Shown piece after piece: positions 9,460 through 17,966 of a stretch of 64,000 nt of DNA (position 1 is the stretch's first letter; every line of letters begins with the position of its first letter). This DNA comes from a virus. The position numbers and the translations under genes were made by a program. The stretch lies in IMG/VR virus record IMGVR_UViG_3300019487_000017. The stretch is one strand, 5' to 3'. The notes under the pieces are model-generated. The model was given only the letters and a program-made list of their open reading frames with translations. It did no database searches and had not been told where the DNA came from.

Positions 9460-10341
9460 ATGAAACCTAAATGGTTTATTGGTGCTAACTGTTATGATGA
9501 TGGTAATCCTGAACGGATTAAAGAAGCCTGCGAAAAAGAAGGTTGTGAAGTCCATTTCTATAAATACTTTCCATTATTACCAAATACCAAACTATTTTCC
9601 AAATTTAATACGCGCGATTTTGTTGTAGCTTATGGTTCGATTGAATTAATTAAGTTAGTACAGCGTGAATCATCCTGGTCTCCTTGCGATTGGGCAATAT
9701 GGGATGACTTAAAGTGTACTCAATATCTTCATCATTGGGGAAAATTTAGTATTCATCATACTTATGGTTATTTACCTGTATCTGAAATTATAAGGCAGAA
9801 AGACTTTATATTTGCAAATTACGCTAATGATGGAAAAGTGTTCTTTCGTCCTGATTCAAATACAAAAGGTTATGCAGGCAAAGGATTTTACGCTGAGGTA
9901 TGTCATATCAATAATTGGGATAAATTTATAAAAGATGGTTTTAATTATCCATATGAATTAGATGGTTCGATTCTAGCAATGTTTTCTACTCCTACGACGA
10001 TTTTTACCGAATGGAGATTAGTTGTAGCAAAAAGAAAAGTGATTACTGGATCTCAATATAAAAAGCGTATTGATAGTTGTACTTTAAGTACAGAACTGGA
10101 AGCTGGATATCCACCTGAAGTAGAAGCTTATGCAGAAATGATTATGGCTTCTTCAGAATATGAACCTGCCCCTATTTATATCATGGATATAGCATCAACA
10201 ATCGATGGTTTAAAATTATTAGAGATTGGCGCGGTTAATTGTGCTGGATTATATTGTTGCGACATAGAAAAATTTGTTCAAGCCGTTAACGACGTTGCCG
10301 AATTTAGCATGACAGATAATTTTGTAGGACTTACTGCTTAA
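9460..10341 (+). CDS. ATP-grasp domain protein (DUF4343/R2K-like)
   Basis: KVFFRPDS.TK, EWRLVVAKRKVITGSQY, YIMDIA, LKLLEIGAVNCAGLY. Confidence 0.75.
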   Translation: MKPKWFIGANCYDDGNPERIKEACEKEGCEVHFYKYFPLLPNTKLFSKFNTRDFVVAYGSIELIKLVQRESSWSPCDWAIWDDLKCTQYLHHWGKFSIHHTYGYLPVSEIIRQKDFIFANYANDGKVFFRPDSNTKGYAGKGFYAEVCHINNWDKFIKDGFNYPYELDGSILAMFSTPTTIFTEWRLVVAKRKVITGSQYKKRIDSCTLSTELEAGYPPEVEAYAEMIMASSEYEPAPIYIMDIASTIDGLKLLEIGAVNCAGLYCCDIEKFVQAVNDVAEFSMTDNFVGLTA

Positions 10342-10371
10342 CTTGTGATTTTTTTAAGATATAGATAACTT

Positions 10372-11748
10372 ATGTTTACGATTGAACTTAAATTAAAAAC
10401 TACTCCCAGAGACAGATCTATCTTAGATAAAAAATTCAGGATTTCTAGGCAGATATATAATGCTATGCTCTGCGAATGTAAAAAGCGTGTTTTTAAAATG
10501 CGTAATGATCCTAATTACCTCTTAGCTAAATCCACTAAAGATAAAAGTGAGAGAAATAAGATTTATCGTGAGTTGAGAATAAAATATCAAGTTGGTTTTA
10601 ACGATTTAGGAAAAGCTGATAAAGATAAAGGACTTTATAAATTTGCAAGCCTGCAACAGAATAGTCCCTATGTTCGATATGGAAAAACAAAAAAGCATGT
10701 AGATATGCATACTGTACAAGGGATGATACGTAAGTTATACGGGGCAGTAGAGAGATGGATGTTTAACCCAAAGAATGCTGGAGAACCTAAATATCGTAGT
10801 TATAAATATGATTATAGCTTAGAGGGAACTGGACCCCATTCTTCACTTCGATGGCAAGGAGACTCAGTAAAATGGAATAATCTAGTCATCCCTGCAATTA
10901 TTAATCGTGAAGACCCAGTAATAGATCGTGGCTTAAAAAGTATAGTTAAAATCACAAGAATAGTTCCTTATACAATAAGAAAAAAGAAACATTATAAAGT
11001 ACAACTTGTTTGTGAAGGTGATGCCTATCGTAAAACAGATAGATATACTAAAGAGAATATTGTTGGTGTAGATATGGGACCATCTACTATTGCTATAGTT
11101 GCAGATGACAAGGCTGAGTATATTGATATTTTGTCTGATTTTACACAGGAATGGAAGTTAATACGAGTATTGCAACGCAAGCTAGACAGACAAACTAGAT
11201 CTAATAACCCTCATTGCTTTGATGCTAAAGGAAGATGGATTAAAGGGCAAAAAAAGGTTAATACAAAAGGGATGTTAGATACACGCTCAAAATTAGCGGA
11301 AGTTAAAAGAAAAGAAAGAGAGCATCGTAAAAATTTGCATGGGCAACTTGTTAAAAAGATTATAATGTTAGGAAATGACATACGTGTTGAAAATAATCCT
11401 ATAAAAGCTTGGCAAAGCAATCATTTTGGAAAATCAATAGGGAAATTTGCTCCTGGAATGCTTATATCTAGGCTTCAAATGGAACTAGCAAAATATCCCA
11501 ACTCAAAGTTTACAAAGATTTCCACACATAAAACAGCATTATCGCAAATGTGTATTTGTGGGTTAAGAAAAAAGAAATCTTTAAATGAACGTAGACATGT
11601 GTGTTCTTGTGGGGTAAATATACAAAGAGATATTTTTTCTGCGTTCTTAGCGCGTTACTGCACTAAGGAAAGTCTTGATATAAAAAGTGCTGAAAAGGCA
11701 TTTTCAGGAATGTACAATGTCCTGTTGCCGTTTATCAAGACGCAATAA
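10372..11748 (+). CDS. Compact RuvC RNA-guided nuclease, TnpB/Cas12 type (candidate type V effector)
   Basis: RuvC-I VGVDMGPSTIA, RuvC-II RVENN, CxC...CxC zinc ribbon, RuvC-III QRDIFSAFLA; followed by anti-repeat and CRISPR array. Confidence 0.9.
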   Translation: MFTIELKLKTTPRDRSILDKKFRISRQIYNAMLCECKKRVFKMRNDPNYLLAKSTKDKSERNKIYRELRIKYQVGFNDLGKADKDKGLYKFASLQQNSPYVRYGKTKKHVDMHTVQGMIRKLYGAVERWMFNPKNAGEPKYRSYKYDYSLEGTGPHSSLRWQGDSVKWNNLVIPAIINREDPVIDRGLKSIVKITRIVPYTIRKKKHYKVQLVCEGDAYRKTDRYTKENIVGVDMGPSTIAIVADDKAEYIDILSDFTQEWKLIRVLQRKLDRQTRSNNPHCFDAKGRWIKGQKKVNTKGMLDTRSKLAEVKRKEREHRKNLHGQLVKKIIMLGNDIRVENNPIKAWQSNHFGKSIGKFAPGMLISRLQMELAKYPNSKFTKISTHKTALSQMCICGLRKKKSLNERRHVCSCGVNIQRDIFSAFLARYCTKESLDIKSAEKAFSGMYNVLLPFIKTQ

Positions 11749-11779
11749 GTTAACCACGTATGATTTTATATTGTACATA

Positions 11780-11995
11780 CGCTTGGAAAGCGATGGGTTG
11801 ACTTGGCAAAAAATTAGACTGTAATTAAGGTAGGGCTTAGAAATAAGAGAACCTTGAGGAGAGTCTAACTTTAGCTCTTTTACAACTTGTGATTGCGAGA
11901 GGTGCAGTTTTTACCTGCTAAAAAGTCATTGAAAACAATAGGCTCTCGCAATTTGATATATAACTATATGCTCTACCTATATTTAAAAGGTAGAA
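11780..11995 (+). ncRNA. Candidate tracrRNA/scaffold RNA
   Basis: 11868-11887 pairs with repeat nt 9-28 (15 WC + 3 G.U, 2 mismatches); several stems incl. 11892-11901/11943-11952 and a GAAA tetraloop; boundaries approximate. Confidence 0.7.
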
Positions 11996-11996
11996 T

Positions 11997-12249
11997 ATTG
12001 CAATAGTTGTAAAATGACTAGGGTAATGTAAGATAGGCTGAATACGGTGGTTCGACTCCATCTCCCGATTGCAATAGTTGTAAAATGACTAGGGTAATGT
12101 AAGTAGTAGTTCTGGCGGTGGTGGCGGCGGTTCATCTTCATTGCGATAATTGTAAAATGACTAGAGTAATGTAAGGCCGTTGATGCTGTTTCTCAAGAAT
12201 TTATCCCATCTTTATAGTAATATGCTTATTTTGCATATTGTAATGTAAT
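11997..12249 (+). CRISPR. CRISPR mini-array, 36-bp repeat ATTGCAATAGTTGTAAAATGACTAGGGTAATGTAAG
   Basis: Repeats 11997-12032 and 12068-12103 identical, 12140-12175 with 3 mismatches, 12214-12249 degenerate (22/36); spacers 35, 36 and 38 bp. Confidence 0.92.
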
Positions 12250-12388
12250 TATTAATCCTCTAAATAAGAAGGAAACGGCTTTTTAATCTCGTTAAGGAGA
12301 TTATGGAGCGTTTATCTTCTGTGATGAAAATAAACCGCATAAATATACGATAGTAGTATAACAACTAATAATTTAGGAAACATAACAT

Positions 12389-14431
12389 ATGTCACAAGTA
12401 ACAAATAAGATAGATGAAGTAATTAGTTCATGTGTAGAAATTAAATCTTCAGTTGTTGGATATGAGGAAAAAATTGATGAACAACAAGGGCAGATTGGTA
12501 CGCTTCAAACGGATTTGAATGCAGCAAACAATAAAATCAAGGAACTAAAAGATATTATAGCATCTCAAAATCCTACTAACCCAGATCCTAATCCAGATCC
12601 GGAACCTGAACCAACACCAGATCCTGTGAAAGATTATGGTTCTTTCTCTCCAAAACTAAGTAGTTTTGTAAAAGGAAAAACTGGAAGTATTGATTTTATT
12701 CCTGGACCTGATTTTCCTCAAGACGGAATCATAATATTTCAAACATGGTCTGATGTTACAAAAACCGTAGAGGCTTCTTTACTTGATCGCAACCCTCCTT
12801 TTATTTACGGTAAAGATGAATTAAATAAAGTTACAAATGGTAAAGCTTCAGTTCAAGCATTAATTAGGAATAGTACATCAATTGTAAAAACTATTTCTAT
12901 GGATGTTGAGTTTTCTGGTGCGGTCGTAACTGAGCCTACCCCACAACCGGATCCTACTCCTAATCCAGATCCTGTTCCAGATCCCTCACCGGGAACAGGT
13001 GGAGAAGAAAAAGGCTGGACTCCAATTGTAAAAAGTGCCGATACTCGCATTGTATATGTCTCAACAAGTGGCAACGATTCAAATGATGGTTTATCACCAG
13101 ATAAGCCTGTTAAAACATTGCTGAAAGCATATTCGTTGATGAGAAATAATTATCCAGATCACATGTTACTCAAACGTGGAGATACTTGGAAAGATGAACC
13201 TATGCTTGAATTGTATAAGTATGGAAGAAATACTAATGAAAAGATGGTTTTTGCTTCCTATGGCACGGGACCAAGACCGCGTTTATTAAGCACAAAGGGT
13301 CAATTTAATTCAAAAGGTTTACGTAATTTTGCATTTATTGATTTGGACCTAGAAAATTGGCTTAAGAACCCTTCAAGTACAGGATTTCAAAGAATGGTAA
13401 ATGGAGGATATGGAATTCGTATCTATGGATGGGCAAATGATGTTTTAATTGAAGGTTGTAGATTGCGTTATTTCTTCCAAAATATGGCGTTGATGGGCAA
13501 AGATGAAACTAATATTGTACAAAATCTTAAATTGCGTCGTGTTGTATCTATTGATGCTTGGGATGAACCGGCTGATGGAGGAATGAAAAAAGGCACTGCT
13601 TTATATATGTCTAAAGCTAAAAATGTTTTAATTGAAGAATGCGTTTTAGATCGCAATGGCTGGTTGCCGGATGTATGTTCTAAGACAAAGTATGCTCATA
13701 ATATGTATCTTCAGAAAGAAGGCGTATCAGAAGGTTCAGATAGTTTTAAGATGGTTCGTTGTTGGATCACGAGAGCTGGTGCAAATGGTACTCAATTCCG
13801 CGAAGGCGGTACGCTTGAAGATTCGGTGTTTATTGATAATGGATTACATGGATTTCATGGCGGAGCTGAAGGTAAAGCAATTGGTAATATATTTATAGGT
13901 GGAGAAGACATTAATCCTAATGAAAGACGTGGTTTTGGTTGGGATATGATGTCAGACAGTAATACATTTATAAATAATATTGTCTGTCATAAAAATAAAG
14001 CAGATGTAGGCGCAGCAAGAGCATCTTGTTTAGAAAAGAAAGATGCTGCAGGCGCAGTTATTTCAGTATCTAAGTTAGTTTACACCAATAATATTATTTG
14101 GGATTGGAAAGGTGATGCTTTAGAGCTTCGATCCAAAGCAAAAGTTGCGGAAATAAAAGATAATATTCTTTTGCCATTAACAGGATATAAACCTATTGAT
14201 AGAATAGCTTCACCTGTTGCTTCTACTGAAAGTGGCAATATTGTTTCTGGTACTGTTAATTTCTTAGACCCAAATCGAGATTTGATTACATATCAGAAGT
14301 CGATAGGCAGGACTCCGACGAAAGATGCATTCTTTGCGAATCTAAGAGAAGTATGCAAAGGTAATTGGGATCCTAAATTAACAACATCAAGTTTCTCTGC
14401 TTATATTAGAGAAGGGTTTAAACGAGTTTAA
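12389..14431 (+). CDS. Right-handed parallel beta-helix protein with coiled coil and Pro-rich linkers (putative polysaccharide lyase/tail spike)
   Basis: IVYVSTSGNDSNDGLSPDKPVKT, LLKRGDTW, beta-helix periodicity; two DP/EP/TP linkers. Confidence 0.7.
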   Translation: MSQVTNKIDEVISSCVEIKSSVVGYEEKIDEQQGQIGTLQTDLNAANNKIKELKDIIASQNPTNPDPNPDPEPEPTPDPVKDYGSFSPKLSSFVKGKTGSIDFIPGPDFPQDGIIIFQTWSDVTKTVEASLLDRNPPFIYGKDELNKVTNGKASVQALIRNSTSIVKTISMDVEFSGAVVTEPTPQPDPTPNPDPVPDPSPGTGGEEKGWTPIVKSADTRIVYVSTSGNDSNDGLSPDKPVKTLLKAYSLMRNNYPDHMLLKRGDTWKDEPMLELYKYGRNTNEKMVFASYGTGPRPRLLSTKGQFNSKGLRNFAFIDLDLENWLKNPSSTGFQRMVNGGYGIRIYGWANDVLIEGCRLRYFFQNMALMGKDETNIVQNLKLRRVVSIDAWDEPADGGMKKGTALYMSKAKNVLIEECVLDRNGWLPDVCSKTKYAHNMYLQKEGVSEGSDSFKMVRCWITRAGANGTQFREGGTLEDSVFIDNGLHGFHGGAEGKAIGNIFIGGEDINPNERRGFGWDMMSDSNTFINNIVCHKNKADVGAARASCLEKKDAAGAVISVSKLVYTNNIIWDWKGDALELRSKAKVAEIKDNILLPLTGYKPIDRIASPVASTESGNIVSGTVNFLDPNRDLITYQKSIGRTPTKDAFFANLREVCKGNWDPKLTTSSFSAYIREGFKRV

Positions 14432-14459
14432 ATTTAAAATAACAATTTAAATTTACTTT

Positions 14460-14491
14460 AAAAGACCTCCTTATTTAAGGGGGTCTTTTTT
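14460..14491 (+). terminator. Rho-independent terminator
   Basis: AAAAGACCTCCTTA-TT-TAAGGGGGTCTTTTTT. Confidence 0.85.
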
Positions 14492-14492
14492 A

Positions 14493-14523
14493 TCTCCAGA
14501 ATAGCTACGTACACGATTATCAC
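14493..14523 (+). promoter_or_regulatory. Recurrent motif TCTCCAG-N18-TATCAC
   Basis: Immediately after the terminator, upstream of ORF 14528. Confidence 0.6.
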
Positions 14524-14527
14524 CATA

Positions 14528-15208
14528 ATGAAAATATCTGAGAATCATAAATTGTGTAACTGTCGTAATTTATATGCTTCTTCTGTATCATCTAACGAAG
14601 CAATGTATAGATGTCGTTGTGGAAAAACAAAGCACTGTGTAAAATTAACATCAGTACAGAGGAAAGCATTTCATAATAAGTTGTTTAAGAAACCCGAGAT
14701 CCATAAACTGTATCATCGTTACATTGCTCTTAAAAATAAAGCAAAGCAAGAAAGTAACTATGATGCGATGGTATTAGCTGAAAAATTTGCTAATAAAAAC
14801 CCGAGTGTAAAAATTGTTGGGGTAGATGATGATGTACATGCTGGCTCTGATCTAGTTATCATTCCTCACATAGATAAATATCATCTATGGGGATTGAGCG
14901 TTGAATATATTCCACAATGTACAGGTGAATCTCCTATCCGTTTCTTCCTATATCCTGGACATTTGAAGAGATTGATTGAAACTCTTCAAGATTATGCTAA
15001 AATTGCACGGAAGTTAGGAGATAAAAAATTGCAAGGTTTGTGGGATAAAAGACCTTCTGCGTTTGATACTCTGCCAAAAAGATTAGAGAAAAGAAAAATT
15101 AAAGATTTTAAGGAAGATTTTAGCGCTAGAAAACCGCTTACAAAAACGCAACAAGAAAGATTGAAGAAAAAGTTGGCAAAAATAAGGAAAAAATATGGAA
15201 GCGATTAA
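14528..15208 (+). CDS. Hypothetical protein
   Basis: 226-aa ORF, Cys-rich N-terminus, basic C-terminus. Confidence 0.7.
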   Translation: MKISENHKLCNCRNLYASSVSSNEAMYRCRCGKTKHCVKLTSVQRKAFHNKLFKKPEIHKLYHRYIALKNKAKQESNYDAMVLAEKFANKNPSVKIVGVDDDVHAGSDLVIIPHIDKYHLWGLSVEYIPQCTGESPIRFFLYPGHLKRLIETLQDYAKIARKLGDKKLQGLWDKRPSAFDTLPKRLEKRKIKDFKEDFSARKPLTKTQQERLKKKLAKIRKKYGSD

Positions 15209-15479
15209 ACTGATAGCAAGTTGGGATGAAAAAAATGAGCGAATGATTGTTATTTTAGGTGTTAAAGAAGATCAATATGTAGAAAAATTCACAAAAGAAC
15301 AATGGAATTCTTTTATTCTTACTATTGATACCGAACCTATTAGATTAGGTGGATTAGAAATAAAATTAAAAGGACAAAGTTCTATAGTCCAAAATGCCAG
15401 AGCAGGCATAATTTCATATTTGAAGAAAATTGATGAAGCTTTTAAAGTTACTGGAAAAACAGACTTTTTGAGAGGTTAA
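15195..15479 (+). CDS. Hypothetical protein
   Basis: 94-aa ORF overlapping the upstream stop. Confidence 0.65.
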   Translation: MEAIKLIASWDEKNERMIVILGVKEDQYVEKFTKEQWNSFILTIDTEPIRLGGLEIKLKGQSSIVQNARAGIISYLKKIDEAFKVTGKTDFLRG

Positions 15480-15481
15480 CA

Positions 15482-15946
15482 ATGCAAGTAATACGCAATG
15501 GAGTTTTTGAAACTAACAGCTCTTCAACTCACAGCATTACAATTGCTGGTTTTGGAGAATTAAATGATGCTCTTCTTGTGAACGACGAGATTTGCACTAT
15601 TTTTCCTGGTGAATTTGGCTGGGAATGGGAAGATTTTAATGATGCAGCTACTAAGGCTTCTTACTGTTTAACTTATTGTAAAAGCTTAGAAAAAAGTCAA
15701 GGAGAACATTGTACCCATATTCAAAATCAATCTCCTGAACTTTTAGAACAGTTAAAGAGGGTTATTGCCCGCCATACGGGGGCAAAAGAAGTGCATTATC
15801 AAGAACGAATTGATCAATTTTATCCTTGGGGCTATATCGATCATCAAAGCCATGACACATGCGCTCCAGCATTTGAAACAGATGAAACTTTAGCTATGTT
15901 TATTTTTAATAAAAATAGCGTTCTTCAAACCGGCAATGATAATTAA
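15482..15946 (+). CDS. Conserved phage protein with FETNSSSTHS motif
   Basis: IRNGVFETNSSSTHS, GEFGWE, GYIDHQS, LQTGNDN. Confidence 0.8.
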   Translation: MQVIRNGVFETNSSSTHSITIAGFGELNDALLVNDEICTIFPGEFGWEWEDFNDAATKASYCLTYCKSLEKSQGEHCTHIQNQSPELLEQLKRVIARHTGAKEVHYQERIDQFYPWGYIDHQSHDTCAPAFETDETLAMFIFNKNSVLQTGNDN

Positions 15947-16512
15947 TGGACCAAATTATGATCAGTAATTTTTCTAGATTACCGACTATTATAGAATTGG
16001 AAATATTGGCAAAGAAATTAAAGGTTCCAATTGGATCACTTGTTGATAAAGTGTATATTACGGATGAACCTGATAATATAAATCCTAAATTTCATGGTCC
16101 CTTATATGAATATCGTGATAAAAATATTGCAAAGAAATCTCGTTTTTTTTGCTTTCAAGGAGAAAAATTAGTAGAGCCTAAAATATGGTATTCTAAAAGA
16201 CCGAGAGCATATACTGAAGCAGAGATTCGTGAGATGTTTATTAAACATCTTTGGGGGATTTGGGAATATTGGTTAAAAGAAAGTAGACAACCAGATACCA
16301 AAGATAAAATGTCTGGTATGTTGCATTCTATTTTAGCAACTATAGATGGATGCTCTGGTGGTATTTGTGGATTCAAGGTGATCCCTAATCCTCATCCTAG
16401 CGATAAAGATTATAATAAAGAACGTGGAGAAAATTGGTTTCCTGATAATATTGATATTGGTGGTGGTTTGCACGAAATATTTTATAAATTTAAGCCAGAT
16501 GCGAAAGGATAA
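15946..16512 (+). CDS. Hypothetical protein
   Basis: 188-aa ORF coupled to both neighbours. Confidence 0.7.
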   Translation: MDQIMISNFSRLPTIIELEILAKKLKVPIGSLVDKVYITDEPDNINPKFHGPLYEYRDKNIAKKSRFFCFQGEKLVEPKIWYSKRPRAYTEAEIREMFIKHLWGIWEYWLKESRQPDTKDKMSGMLHSILATIDGCSGGICGFKVIPNPHPSDKDYNKERGENWFPDNIDIGGGLHEIFYKFKPDAKG

Positions 16513-16513
16513 A

Positions 16514-17434
16514 ATGCACACAACTTCTCCATTATTAGTAGAATACCATAACGGCAATTATCATGTTGCTCTTCATCATGATGGCACAAAAATCCGTACT
16601 TTTTCTGAATCTCCAAAACCAGAATTTCCAGAATCTATTGATTTAAAGATCACAGATTATTGTGATGCTGGGTGTGCTTTTTGTCATGAAAAATCTACTA
16701 AAAAGGGCATTCATGCACCCGCAGAACGTATTTTTGAAATTCTTGGTAATGTTCAACCAGGGGTTGAAATTGCAATTGGTGGTGGGAACCCACTTTCTCA
16801 CCCTCAACTTGATGAAATCTTAAAAGTTTTATCAACTGAATTACATCTTATTGCGAATATAACCGTACATAAAGATCATTTTATTGAAAATTACAAACGT
16901 ATTATACAATACCAAAAGCAAGGGTATTTATTTGGAATAGGGATTTCAATTAAAGATCTGGATGATAGAGATTTTATTGAAAGTTTTACTGGCATGGAAG
17001 ATGAAAAAATCCCTTTTCCAAATCATGTAGTCTGGCATGTAATTGCAGGTATTTCAGATCCGCAAAGCCTTTTACGTTACAATGTTGGCGTTGGCGAAAG
17101 TGTACTTATTCTTGGCTATAAACAATATGGTTTTGGTAAAAAATATTACAACGAAAAGGTCGTTTGCAATCTTGCTGCATGGAATTATTGGATTAGAACC
17201 ATTCTTTCTAAAGATTTAAGAGTTTCATTTGATAATTTAGCTATTGAACAATTAAGAATAAAGGATGTTGTTCCAACACAAGTTTGGAATCAATCTTACA
17301 TGGGCGATGATGGTATCTTTAGCATGTATATTGATGCTGTTAAAGATCAATTCTCTATTTCCTCAACTAACAACCGTGTCAACAGAAATGGTAAAACAGT
17401 TGAGCAAATGTATAAATCTAACCAAATTATTTAA
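16514..17434 (+). CDS. Radical SAM protein
   Basis: CDAGCAFCHE (CxxxCxxC), GGGNP, SFDNLA, YMGDDG; ATG 16514 preferred. Confidence 0.88.
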   Translation: MHTTSPLLVEYHNGNYHVALHHDGTKIRTFSESPKPEFPESIDLKITDYCDAGCAFCHEKSTKKGIHAPAERIFEILGNVQPGVEIAIGGGNPLSHPQLDEILKVLSTELHLIANITVHKDHFIENYKRIIQYQKQGYLFGIGISIKDLDDRDFIESFTGMEDEKIPFPNHVVWHVIAGISDPQSLLRYNVGVGESVLILGYKQYGFGKKYYNEKVVCNLAAWNYWIRTILSKDLRVSFDNLAIEQLRIKDVVPTQVWNQSYMGDDGIFSMYIDAVKDQFSISSTNNRVNRNGKTVEQMYKSNQII

Positions 17435-17590
17435 ATGAGCGTTCAAAACAGTAAATATCATATCCCCTGGGTTACAGTAACTCTTCGTCATGAATCCTAT
17501 TGTCGTATTTGCGGTAAGAAAATGGTAAAAGGAGAAGAAGTTGAGTGGAAACCTTCAATGGGGGCATGTACATTTGCCGGAAGATGGTGA
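17435..17590 (+). CDS. Small zinc-ribbon-like protein (51 aa, not in ORF track)
   Basis: MSVQNSKYHIPW...CRICGKKM; abuts the preceding stop. Confidence 0.5.
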   Translation: MSVQNSKYHIPWVTVTLRHESYCRICGKKMVKGEEVEWKPSMGACTFAGRW

Positions 17591-17628
17591 ATATAAATGT
17601 CATCCATTAAGAAAGATGAATTTTAAAG

Positions 17629-17913
17629 CTAGCTGAAATGTTCAGTGCCTTCTTCATCTATCCAATGTAAAATTCTCCCCATAGTTGAGTGCTTCCATCC
17701 GATAACTTTAATAGCGCCAGTCTGTTGCAATCTATGATGTTTGGCACATAGAATGACTATGTTATCGTAGGTATATCTCCCACCTTCGCTTCCTTCATGA
17801 ATCCGATGAACGTCTAAAACATCATAGCAAGGTTCATTGCAGATACGGCACCTGCCAGCTACAAGCTTCTGATATTTTTTACTTACAAAGGGTATTCCTA
17901 ATCGTCGTCCCAT
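17629..17913 (-). CDS. HNH endonuclease
   Basis: CRIC...DVHRI...GGRY..DNIVILCAKHH. Confidence 0.8.
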   Translation of the reverse strand: MGRRLGIPFVSKKYQKLVAGRCRICNEPCYDVLDVHRIHEGSEGGRYTYDNIVILCAKHHRLQQTGAIKVIGWKHSTMGRILHWIDEEGTEHFS

Positions 17914-17966
17914 GTTATTCTCTTCTTATCATTTGTGTCGAATAAAAAGAGTAGAGAGAATTAACT

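Noticed and set aside
10372-11995. Ordinary IS200/IS605 or IS607 insertion sequence
   Set aside because: No tnpA or serine recombinase and no recognisable element ends; anti-repeat and array favour a CRISPR-associated role, though a TnpB-only relic cannot be fully excluded
12033-12067. tRNA gene
   Set aside because: Only a T-arm and partial acceptor strand, bounded exactly by CRISPR repeats; it is a spacer, not a gene
12570-13000. Short DNA repeats (CCAGATCC-like) as an array
   Set aside because: Explained by Pro/Asp/Thr linker codons inside the beta-helix gene
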